64,000 nucleotides of DNA from positions 29,448-93,447 of the forward strand of contig JAFNEN010000097.1 in the NCBI GenBank assembly GCA_019343175.1, read 5' to 3'. This DNA comes from Oedothorax gibbosus (Eukaryota). This document shows positions 12,421 through 23,632 of this stretch, one piece after another (the first letter of the stretch is position 1; each line of letters starts with the position of its first letter). The notes beneath the pieces were generated by a model. It saw only the letters and a program-made list of their open reading frames with translations, was not told the origin of the DNA and made no database searches. Position numbers and translations under genes: made by a program.

Positions 12421-12562
12421 CCAGCGTGCCGACACAGCTCAATTGGAGAGCGTTGGACTGAAGATCCAAAAGTCCGTGGCACGAGACCGTGTTCAGTAGT
12501 TTATTAATCCTCGGTAGTTATTGTGGTCAGTATCCCAGCCTGTCACTGGGGTGACTGAGAGA
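12421..12562 (+). mobile_element. tRNA-Phe(GAA)-derived SINE-like element
   Basis: GCCGACACAGCTCAATTGGAGAGCGTTGGACTGAAGATCCAAAAGTCCGTGGCACGAGACCGTG is close to canonical tRNA-Phe through the anticodon arm, then the T arm is degenerate. It is followed by the shared body ...tcctcggtagttattgtggtcagtatcccagcctgtcactggggtgactgagagata. Confidence 0.6.
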
Positions 12563-12819
12563 TATAAAATTTCATTATTTTTCCTACGTATAATTTCTCT
12601 GTTAAAAAAACAGCTTTTGCGTTAAAATGACAGATTGTTCATATAAATTAAAGAGACTATTCCTTCTGGCACACTAGTTAACAGATTTTTTTTTGTAAAA
12701 ACAACATACTTTTTTAACAGTACAGAGGTTTGGCAAGATGACTAAAGGACGATATTTTAAAATTGAAAAATTATTATAGTTGAATAGTTTAGTTTTATTT
12801 TTTTTTTAATTTTTTATTG

Positions 12820-13142
12820 TTTTAGTTTTAGTTTTAATTATCGTCGCACTAGAGCTACACGAGGGCTATTGGCGACGGGCGTCGTATTGTAGAACCGCAG
12901 TCAATTGACGAGCCGACACCTGAGTAGGCACCCAACGCAACCGTTAAGGGCGACATCGTACGCAACGTTAGAACTTTGAAGGATATTTAACGTGCACTCC
13001 CGCCACACGGGGTATTATCTGTCGGACATTTTGGCTGCACGGGCCGTTTAAAGATCGGCAGTTTTTTTGGCGATGCCCAGACCCGAACCTGGTACCTTCC
13101 GCACCCTAGGCGAATGCCTAAACGACTGGGCTCCCCAGCCCC
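12820..13142 (-). mobile_element. tRNA-derived SINE, family A, full-length copy
   Basis: On the minus strand the head is ggggctggggagcccagtcgtttaggcattcgcctagggtgcggaaggtaccaggttcgggtctggg, with A and B boxes. The tail is a gttttag-type simple repeat. Other copies lie at 35800, 36676 and 52845. Confidence 0.8.
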
Positions 13143-13439
13143 TTTTATTTATTGTACTTGAATTGTAGAAACAATTTAATATTTCCCACGCTTGCTGGTT
13201 GTTGGTAGGGTGGACCCAGATCTAAGATACCGCCTGTTTAACTCTTGAAAGTAACTATTTCTAAAGTAGAACTTAGAAAACAGACTTTTTTTTTAAATAA
13301 TAAACAAAAAAAACTCAACGTCTTCATCATGTTAAGTTAATCATGTTCTAGTTAATCATGTTCACGAAACAGCTTAAACCCTTGTGTATTTTCAAATGTA
13401 AAAGCCTAAAAAGTAGTTGTGAGTTGCCGTACGGCCTAC

Positions 13440-13640
13440 TCAGCTAATAGAGAAGTCCTCAGTAACGTCACGCTAGCTGTCCTGTTCGAAGTGTCGGCTA
13501 TTGCAAAGAAGAAGAAACCTGCTTGTGCACGTTTAATATTACTTTTCGTATTCCGAACTGGTTTCGATGGTGTGTTTGTTTTTGTTCGATTTTAACCGTA
13601 TATGTTTTTGTTCGCCTGTACGGGATTTTTTCCCCTTGGC
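13440..13640. mobile_element. Diverged relative of the MITE at 23420 (shares ..gtcctgttcgaagtgtcgg...gaagaaacct..)
   Basis: About 70% similarity to the 23425-23500 segment. Boundaries are uncertain. Confidence 0.35.
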
Positions 13641-14001
13641 GTTCCATAATACTTTTATATAGTTTCTTTGTCATTTTTTTTAATAATAAAGATTATTATT
13701 ATTATGTTAATTTGTTACTTCTAAAGAATATGTAAAAACAAGAAAACTTTACTAATACAGCAATTTCGATTAGCTAGCTGCTAAAAAAGGAAAAATAATA
13801 TATAACCGAAAATAAATAATAAAATATAAAGGAAAAATCCTTTCAATTGCAAAGATATTGACTGAATTGACTATCTATTGACTGAATCATTAACTAAAAC
13901 AACCAATAATTAAAGATTTATGTTCAATGTCCCATTCATAATCTGTCTCATTCTTGCCACCTCTCTCCTATACATTTTTATTATTTTTATTTTACAGCCA
14001 G

Positions 14002-14097
14002 GAAGGAACCGTTTACAAAACTATACAACATATTAAAATAAAGTCAAAAATAGTCTCTCAACGTAGTAAGAATCAAGATGCGTCTTATCAGCCGCAG
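14002..14097 (+). CDS. Candidate penultimate coding exon (EGTVYKTIQHIKIKSKIVSQRSKNQDASYQPQ)
   Basis: Tandem NAGNAG acceptor (tttacagccag); only the second AG gives an open frame. CAG|GTTAGC donor at 14098. 96 nt, phase 0. Confidence 0.3.
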
Positions 14098-14765
14098 GTT
14101 AGCTTTTCATTCTTGTAGCATTATTAAATCATATATTACTACTATTTTACATCAAACTCAAAAAATTTGTCTGTTTAACGAAAACATTTGAATGCTTAAA
14201 CAAAGCCTCCAGACGGCCAGTGATGTCAAAGCCATGCTAAACGAAGTTTTCCTAGTAAACCTAGTAAATCTGCCGGCAATATAGAATTATTTTATTCAAA
14301 TATTATCTTTTTTATTTTAGTTTCTTAATTAATTTTTAACAAATTAAATTGTTGAATATTAATGTTATCTCTTAAAATCAAGCACTAATAATGCGGATTT
14401 TTCTCAATAAACCACGAAAAATCTAAAACATATATTATATCAGCTCAAGCAATCACAATAGAGAAAGAAGTGAACAATTCTTTAAAAAGTTTTTATTTTT
14501 AAAAAAAAAACTGAGAACCAAGACCATAGTACCAAGGACAAAAATACCTAAAAATGTACGTGAAACCTACAAATTAAAATTGCGAGAATAAATATAATTC
14601 AAATATTTAATTTGCATCGGGGATCAACATCCTATTTGTGTTTTTTATGCTTTTGTAAAACTTACTTTTTGTGTTATTATTAGTTAGTGTTATTCTGTGG
14701 TGTAAATACGAGAGAATGTATATAAATATTAATTTGTGTGTGATTTCTATTTCAGCCTCGTGGTA

Positions 14766-14864
14766 GTAACCAAATCCAATCCATCGAAGAAGACCTTGAG
14801 CAAATTCGAAGTTCGTTCGACTTTTCCCACCCTCAAGAGGATAGTTCTAGTTAGACTAAGTTCT
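14766..14864 (+). CDS. Candidate terminal coding exon (PRGSNQIQSIEEDLEQIRSSFDFSHPQEDSSS*)
   Basis: tttctatttcag acceptor at 14754-14765. The frame is open until TAG at 14862-14864. An AATAAA-like signal lies ~95 nt downstream (14957). Confidence 0.4.
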
Positions 14865-15620
14865 GGAAGAATTACCACCTAATGGGTTTGCGTTTTTATT
14901 GCTTTTTTTCACGGATTTGAGAGACTATTCATTTTGAAAGTCAAATTTAAGCCAAATTTTACATGAAAATAAATTATTATATTATTAAAAAATGTATAAT
15001 ATTTAGCATCGGTGGCAGCAATCTTGAATAAGAGGTGAGCTTAAGCCGCCCGTCAAGAAAGAAGCTTCAAGAAAAAGTGTCAAAAGTATACCATTTGTAT
15101 ACAGTATTTTACTATTCTACAATTTTTATTTTTTGATTATTGTGATAATTGTGATACCAGTTTTTATAACTGCAAATTAGTATAGAATTAATAAATATTG
15201 GGTTTGCATTTTTATTGTATCTTTTTTAAAGAATTTGAGAGAATTTATATATTTGAAAGTCAAATTCCAACAAATTTTTGCATGAAAAAAGTTATAAGCA
15301 TCGTTAAAAAATGTATAACATTCAACAGTCCTTCAAATTTGGCCACTTTTTCTCTTAAGTGTTTTTATTAAGTATTTTGTATGAGAATGGCTCACCTTTG
15401 AATTGTTCCTAAACTCATTATTTTACTACAAAAATTCCCTTTTTTTTAAAATTTTCTTGTCGTACAAAATACTTCTTACCTATGTTTTCGTCCATTTGAG
15501 CTTCTCTGGCTACATTTTTTTGTCTCAAATAAACCAATCGATTGGTTTAATTTAAGGATTGCAATCCTAACTTAGAAATTAACTTAAGATTGCAATCCTA
15601 AGTAACATAATTATCATACA

Positions 15621-16329
15621 CTACATGTCCAAAAAAAGTCGAAGCGTTACATCAATCGACGAAAAAAGGCTGCAATTTGCAAAAGACCATAAAAATTGGA
15701 CAGCTAATGATTGAGGAAGGTCGTTGTTTTCTATGAATCGGTTCTATGAATCTTTACGGTATTTCAAAACTATGGTCGTGCAAATGATCGAAGAGAGCCA
15801 CACGAAGCAATGGACCCTACATGCATCGTTCCGACTATGCACTCTTCCGGAGGCAGTGTAATAATCTGAGGTTGTTTCTGTTCATCTGTACTAGACCCGG
15901 CTGTCTTGTACACCAACAAAATGAAGTCTGCACAGAATCTAAACATCTTAGATCCTGTTGTGCCAATAATGGACTTTTTCTCCATGACGCCATTGGTGTA
16001 TTTCAAGGTGATAACACCAAAGTTCATCAGGCTAGCATTACTTAATCTTGATTAAGTGAGCACGAAACATCATTTCTACACTAGATTTGGCCACCACAAA
16101 GTCCATCCTATCCAGAATATGTGGGACGTACTTGAAAAACAATTAAGGGCACGTACTACTTTTCCATCATCCATTTAGGGTTAAGGAGACGTCTTGATGG
16201 AATTATAGCCAAAAACCAAAAATAGATACTCTCCCGAAGCTTACTGCCACGACGCATGAAAGCAGTTATTCGGGCTAAAGATGGCAAAACAAAATATTAA
16301 GGTCTGCTACTTTTGTTTTGGACACGTAG
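15621..16329 (+). mobile_element. Internally deleted Tc1-like element (~0.7 kb) with ~20-bp TIRs and a transposase remnant
   Basis: TIRs are ctacatgtccaaaaaaagt and (reverse complement) ctacgtgtccaaaacaaaagt. Internal frames encode ..FQGDNTKVHQAS.. (the DDNAPCH region), WPPQSPS..PEYV (the SPDLNPIE region) and LPRRMKAVIRAKDGKTKY (Tc1 C-terminus), all broken by stops. Confidence 0.75.
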
Positions 16330-17791
16330 GGTAGAATACACAAAAACTCCAAATTACGATGACGGACCCTGTGAAAGAAATTCCGTAAAAGAATTTTCTA
16401 CGGTGCTTATAAATAATAAAGCATCGTAAAAAGGAATAACTTTATACTACAAGTGCATTCCATCCAATGGAAATTAGTTTTTAAAAAACTATTTAGTTTT
16501 TGTACTGCATTATTTATGGATGTTATACGTTTGTGACATTGTGTATTTGTACATATTCTTAAAATGAATTGATGAACCATAATGGTAATAATAATATGAT
16601 AATAATAATATAGAACCATACGGGTGCTGCAGATTCCCAGTAGGTAATTATAAATCAATAAAAAGTCGTAATTGCGATTGAATAATTTTCGAAACTTTTA
16701 AAAGGTAAGTTATTAATTCACAAAATAATAAGCAAAAAATAAATTAGATTTATTAAAAGGTACGTGGTTGTAGTAAATTTTAGTCTTGCATGTAAGTCTT
16801 TTCTTTTCTGTGTGTTAAATTGAATTTCAAATCCGCATACAGAACTTCTAGTATTAAAGAATAAAAACTACGAAGGTTAAGAAAATACATTTGAAACAAA
16901 ACTGAACTTCTAGTGCAGAAGGGAAACTAAGCTTTGACTGGACTCTCACCAAATATCCTAAGCAAGATTATGATATTTATACTTGATTATTAACCACAAA
17001 CTGTCGAAGCACAAACTAACTTGACATTATTGACACTAACTTGACAACTTAACATTTGCTTCAATGAAATTTTCTTTTAACTATAAAAATTGGTCTACAC
17101 TGATTTTGAATGTACCAAGTAAGAAAAATACTCAAGAGATTCCATATTACACAAAGCTAAAGTTTGAAAGCACAATTTTGACGAGCTTCCTACATCAATT
17201 AGAGGCAGTGCAAGCAAGTGCAATTAAATGAAGATCAAACCTTCAAATCATTCCCAATCACCTTCGTATACAAATTTTCAGGGGAAACATAAAAATCTAA
17301 TAACTTTAAAATGACTAATTTTTAGACCCTAATTATTACGTGTTTAGTTTTATAACTGGTTACTACGAAGATTTGTAGGCATACTTGAAACGCCAATTTT
17401 CTTCATAGATTTAGAAGAGGATAAAAAAAAATTGAATTGAAAATAATAGCGCAATTTTGTACAACTTTTCAAGATAAAACCGTAACTCCACTTTTTTTTT
17501 ATTGTTGGAGAAAACACGGTTTGACCGCTTGCTCCACAAATAGGAACATTTAGTGTTTAACTATTATAAACTACCAAGTAAATAATTACGTGCAAATACA
17601 ATAAAGCTTTTAAAGATTTAAATATAGTAAGGGAAAATCACACCTTGTTGATTCTATATTAACAGCACTTTTGTAATTGGGATTGCAAATTTACCATTTT
17701 TTTTATTCAGGGGTTACTAGTAAATACCAAATAATAAACGGTCTAATTTATAATACAATAATAAAAAATATGGGGTGTAAGATACATTTAA

Positions 17792-18219
17792 GGTGGAATG
17801 GGCGCGCTGGACCGCGGGTCTCCAAACTCAAGTGCCTCAGTGTTAATCCAATGGCGAAAAAACTATTTTCTCTGCCACATTTCTCCGCCTGTATTAATTA
17901 TTTTTACAAACGGTTTTTGTTAAAAAAAATAAATGTAGATAACTTACAGGTCTCTATCTTCCCACTTTTTGAAATTGCTTCGAATATTTTGTGTAAAATT
18001 ATTTATTGAAAATTTAAAAAAAATATTCGAACCAATTTCAAAAAGTGGGAAGGTCGGGACCTGTAAGTCAGCTACATTTATCACATAAAAAAAAATCCGC
18101 TTTTAAAAATATTCAATACAGCCGGAGAAATGTGGCAGAGAAAATATTTTTTTTCTCCATAGGATTAACACTGATACACTTTGCTTTGGAGACCCCCGGT
18201 CCAGCACGCCCATTCCCCC
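17792..18219. mobile_element. Foldback element: ~200-bp inverted arms around a short centre (~18010)
   Basis: ggtggaatgggcgcgctggaccgcgggtctccaaactcaagtgcctcagtgttaatcc... on the left is mirrored by ...ggattaacactgatacactttgctttggagacccccggtccagcacgcccattcccc on the right. Confidence 0.8.
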
Positions 18220-19344
18220 TTAAAGTCCTTATTCATATGAAATTGATCTCAGATGAAAGACAAACAACCAATTTTAGTAACGAAAATGATGTTGTTGGAA
18301 TAGCTTAAGAGAAAAAAATACAAAGAATATTTAACTAATTTAAACTAAACTCCATTAACGAAAGAAATAGTTTTTTCTTTAGGATGCTATTAAAAACATT
18401 TTCCTTCCAGGCACTTAAGTAGTAAAATACAAACAATCTATAAACAATTCACCGAAAAGCACAGCACTTATCACTTATACTAGTTAATTATAAGTATTAT
18501 ATAAAAAATTACAAGTAATATATGATAGACTTTTTAAGACTTAACATGATAACTTAAAGATTTAAAACTCACCCTTTACTAATTTGGTTTAAAAATATTG
18601 CAATCCCAAATTGTGATTACTTGGTGTTTCTTAAAGAATTTACTATTCTTATGTGTAAATAAAGTGTATTTCTTGTAAGATTATAATGCATTCCTGATTC
18701 CACCTTTTAGTAAATGCTGAACTACGCTAACGTATCTAAAAGCAACAACTTTTTTTTAATGTTAGCTATACCATCAGATTTCCGAAATTGAAATGCAGTT
18801 TTAGCCTTTGAGTATGAGGTATAAGATTATTTTAGTAAGATTTTGCTGCTGCTTCCCCTGTTGCTGCCTTTGGCTTTCTGTAAACAATAATCAAGAAAAC
18901 ACATAAAAATGTGGTGTGTCGGTTAGTAGAAGCCCTTGAGTAGAGAAATTGTATTCCGAAAGGTAGAATCAAAACATTCAAAATTATTTACTCTATCATT
19001 CCAAACTTGCACGATCGTATGGGTTAACTACAAATAAAATTTCGCACATAAAAAAGGTTAAAACATTCCAACATATTTATTCTTTGATTATCGGCTTGCA
19101 CGATAGCGCTGATCAACCCTAAATAAAATTTCCTAGTTTTAATGGGTTAAAAGATTACATTAAATTAATACCCAAACCAATCCATAAATTGAAAAAAAAA
19201 ACCATTCCATACATTTAGAAAGTAGGGGGTAGGGGTAGGTACACATATATTCCGGCTTGTGTGCTTGATCAGAGACCCGCTTATATAAGCCTTCGTCAAG
19301 TAAGACAGACACAGAAAGAATTTTTACAGTCACAGAGAAAGGAA

Positions 19345-19440
19345 AGTACACCCAGGGCGAAGGCGGGAATCGAACCCGCGCCCGTTACATCGCGCAGACT
19401 GCTAGCGTAAAGGTTCAAACCAATCGGCCATCCGGGCCCC
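19345..19440 (-). mobile_element. tRNA-like sequence (SINE head or tRNA pseudogene)
   Basis: The minus strand reads ggggcccggatggccgattggtttgaacc...gcgcgggttcgattcccgcc, with a clean T arm and B box. The acceptor and anticodon stems do not fold cleanly. Confidence 0.45.
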
Positions 19441-21484
19441 ATTTAGAAACTAATATCACCGTCATTTCAATATAGTGAGAAAAGTATACGTTTTGCATTG
19501 CATTATGAAACTAATATTTCTCTCATTTCATTAAGAGACGGGCAACACTCAATTCGTGGAACCTAGACTAAAATATGTTCAGCATGTATCTAAGGGTGGT
19601 TCTGCAAATTTAAGTATTTGTGAATAAAAGAATACGTTTTGCATACTAGTTGATGATTATAAGAAAAATAGGGAATTTAAAATTGTATTTAAACTGTATT
19701 GGATTCCCATTCCTGCATTAAAAAATCTTATTAAGGTGATACAGTACCATTTTTTTTGTATAATTTCAACAATAGAATGACAATCATAGTGTTTTTATAT
19801 TTAGTTTATACAGATAAACATATGTTAAAAGAAAAAACTAAATTATTCATGTTTTTTTTAAGATAAAAACTTAACCTTTTTTGGCTTTTTTAAAAACGCT
19901 ACATTTTCAACGGTTTAAGAATTTTTTGATAATACAACGCTTTATATGTATTTTTTTTTATTCTTTGACTTTTCAAGAAGTTTTGTGATCATCATATACG
20001 ACAACTCAGGAATAAAATATTAGAGCTCTAGATTATTTTATCCGAAAGTCTTAAGAAATTTAGGAATTGCAATAACTAAAATAAATTGAAAGTTACATTT
20101 TCCTTCGTAATTGTAATAATTGGGAGATAACTAAGAAAATTTTATAACTTTTTTTCAGTTACGATTCAGTTATAAAAATTTGTATCACCGTTTCCAAAGA
20201 GTTACTTAAAGTTCGAATTTAGTTTAATTAATTTGCCCTACATAAATTGTTCAGCACTATAGTCTTCATTTGTCTTACATTTTTTTTATTAAAAGCTTTT
20301 TATTAACTTAAGTAGAAAGCTTATTTTCACATGACAAATATTCTTTCCAATCGTCGTTAAGAAGTTAACAAAATATGCTAAGCAAAAGTAAAAATTTATA
20401 TCTTTGAAAATTTTGGGGTATTGTGTATCCTTAATAACGCCAAATTTTGAACTCTCATGAAGTGATATTAGAGTTTATAGAATTAATGCTCAACTAAAAA
20501 ATTTTATCATTTCTGAAACTTTCGAATAATGCGAACATTGAACAATAATGTTTTTTATTGATATTGGTATGCAAAACTTACGGATTTTTTTGTCTCCACT
20601 TGGCCTAGATGTTTAAATGTTGATAATATTTACTAAAGAGTATTTTATAATTGTTGCCTAAAATGATACATACACTTGAGAAACTATAACGTTTTTTGTG
20701 AAAAAATTTAGTTACAAAAATACTAACCGATTTATAAAATGGATGATGAAAGAGAATTTTTCACTCTTTCACCGTCGGTTCTTGTTAATAAAATTAAAGT
20801 ATTAAGATAGCTTCATACAAGTAGGAAGTATAAAATAGTATTGATACGTTGAAACGCATTTATTTTTTGTGAATTATTCTTATAAGATTGGTGAAATGAA
20901 TAATTCTGGGCTGTGATAAAGTAAGCCGTCAAGAAAGTTTTTGTGAAAACTTATTTTGAAGCAAAGACTGTAAATACACTAGTAAAAAATGTAAAGGATA
21001 TATCAAATGTTTAGGAATAACTTCAGTTTGCCAATTTTAATGACGCTTTGAATGATCATACATGTTAATATAAGATAAATATCAATCACACACAGTATAT
21101 TAAACTTTGATACAAATTGGGTCAAGACCATTGCACCATTTATACTTTTGATTGAAACTAATTAAATATCTGGAAGTTTAAAGAATTAAACTTAGAACCT
21201 GTAACTTATAGTTCAAACAAGATGTGTAAGATAGTCCTTTAAGGTTTTTGTTACCAGTGTATAATTTATAAAATGTATGAGCCATTGTATATAAATACGT
21301 ATAGATGTCAATGATTTAAAGTGTTTATCTATTAATGTGCTTATTTTGAAGTAAAGAAGATTGTTAATGAAATCTCCAAAATATAACTACGATATAGGGT
21401 TCGGTCCGTTCATTGGTGAATTTTGAAGATCATAAATTCAATTGAACACAGCCTCCAAAGAAAAACGGATCGGAACTTATATCT

Positions 21485-21604
21485 TACACTCTTAAAACAA
21501 AAGAGTGAAATCCACTCCTATAGGGGAAGTGCATTTTCGGCACCGGAAAGGAGTGGAAATTAACTCAGACTGAGTTAAAACCGCTCGTTTGTTTTAAGAG
21601 TGTA
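21485..21604 (-). mobile_element. Short MITE, full-length copy of the ACACTCTTAAAACAAA family, minus orientation
   Basis: Reverse complement of the 11.7-kb copies. Both 16-bp TIRs are intact. Confidence 0.8.
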
Positions 21605-23419
21605 GGAGACTTCGGAGACTGTGAGTTTTGTGCAACTACACTCTTTAAATACTGTATACTGTGTGTTTGTATGCACTCAGAATTCCTGCAAGTCCAAAGT
21701 AAACGATGTACAAATATCCACTAAAAATTTAAAATATAAAAAATGTATTTCTACTATACGATAGATTTACCCAAATCGTTATGTTATGCCAAAAATCAAC
21801 ATATATCAGAGGATTTAAAGTTGTTAAATTAAGATAACACATGTGAGTTTACTAACAAACTTGAGGCCCCCGAAGTGCATACAATCAGTTCTTTCTCTAG
21901 AGTTTATATAAGTGCACATTGTTACACATATGTTAGTTCTGTTAAGTGCTTTCTTATTTTTTATTTTGTTAATATTAGTGTGGTATATAAAAAAAACTTA
22001 TTGAAAAACCTTATTAGCTGGTAACCTGGTTTCATACATTTAATTTTTTAACAAAAAAGTTTAGAAAAGTTAGTTAAAAAGTTTTTACCAACTAATTAAA
22101 CTAATTAAACCCTTCTTTTTGGTCTCAAAATTTGAAACGAACTATAAAAAAGTAAAATTTTAAGATTTTTTTCAAAAGTTTTGTAAAGCTAATAATGTGC
22201 CAATTCTTACTACATAGTCTACAAATGATATATAGATATTGTTTTTCTGATAAGTTAATTTTCGTAATGCTGACGGAGAAATATTGAAAATTTAAACCTA
22301 TAAGTTATTATTAAGGTTAATTAAACTAAGGTTATTAAGGTTACAACATGACCCTTAAATGTAAAAAAGGCATTATTTAATGAGCACCATTAAGAAAAGT
22401 TGAAATACAATATATTTTCAATGTTACAGTAAATAATTATTTGTTTCAATTTTATGTCCTAATTTATTTAATATAATCCTAGAAATAAGTAAAATCAAGC
22501 TTTTACATTTAATAGCCCGTCGGAACAATTTTCGGAAAAAATCTAAAAATGTAACATTTTGTATTTTTTAATAAAATGTTAAAGGCTGCACGGCAGGCTT
22601 AATTATATCCTAAAGAACTAAAACTCCGTGCATTTCTTTTTCATTCATATTTTTAAAAAATAATTCACTAATTAAAAATAATAACTTTAACAAATGCCAC
22701 AAATTGCTTTTTTAAGTATTTCCTGAATGGTTCATTGTAATAGTTTGGACAGCAATTCATACGACAGAAGGTCATTCTTTAAGTAACTTAAAATTTGATG
22801 TTTTAATAATAGTATAGTTGTTATCTGAATAAAATAAACAAGATTCAAAAAAATTGGGACCAAATAAAAAAATTTGAAAAAATCGAACCAGGAAATAAAG
22901 TTTTTTCAAAAAGAGGAATTTTTCTGTATATTAATTTTTGTACAATTTTTTGTAGTTTTTATATTTAAAATTAGGTTTGTAAAACAATTCTCCGGTTTTT
23001 ATTCACTTGTAGAAAATTTCCATTTGGTTAGTTATCGCCAAGAACGCACCCTATTTATACCATTGTCTCATTCTATGTGTGATATTGTGAGCTTATTTGT
23101 ATAATTGTAATGATTGGTGTAATAAATAAACTTTAATGTCTAAATATGTATTTAGATACTTTAAATACATTGCATTAAATACATAGCTTTACAAACATTC
23201 TAAATGATTAATGTTACATTTTTACCAAAAATACCTAACAAGAGAAGAACTCGTGTAAAAATATGCTTCCAAATTGAAAGGAAAGGTCTAATTTTTTTAC
23301 AAGAACAGGGGGGCAATTTAGTTAGGCCATTTAAAAAACCTCATAAAACTCAAATAAGTTACGTTGGTATTCACCAGTTAAAAATAAACTCAGAATAACC
23401 ACGGCTTACACAACTTATA

Positions 23420-23632
23420 AGGATAGAGAAGCTCTCCGTGGCGTTATGTAAATCGTCCTGTTCAGAGTGCATGCCGATGCCGTTCCGAATGAAGAAACCT
23501 ATTCGCACTCGGCCGACTATACTCTTCGAATTCACAATAGGTTTCAAAGCAAGTTTCTTATTTATCTTCGGAACAGCCTACACTTTGAGCGGAACGGGAA
23601 TTGTGATATCACGGAGAGCTTCTCTGGCTTTT
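23420..23632. mobile_element. MITE (~210 bp) with TIR AGAGAAGCTCTCCGTG and an internal palindrome
   Basis: gatagagaagctctccgtggcg... on the left pairs with ...cacggagagcttctctggc on the right. The interior palindrome is cctgttcagagtg..ttccgaa/ttcggaacagcc. Confidence 0.6.

Larger units (their letters stand above)
12000..12790 (+). repeat. Segmental duplication copy B (~0.8 kb) carrying exon cassette 3 and a tRNA-Phe-derived SINE
   Basis: Collinear with 5690-6500. Confidence 0.8.

Noticed and set aside
17677-18308. 110-aa and 87-aa plus-strand ORFs
   Set aside because: They sit on the two arms of the 17792-18219 foldback and are mirror artefacts of the inverted repeat.
19345-19440. Possible functional tRNA gene on the minus strand
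   Set aside because: The T arm is perfect, but I cannot fold a 7-bp acceptor stem or a clean anticodon stem. I treat it as a SINE head or pseudogene rather than a tRNA gene.
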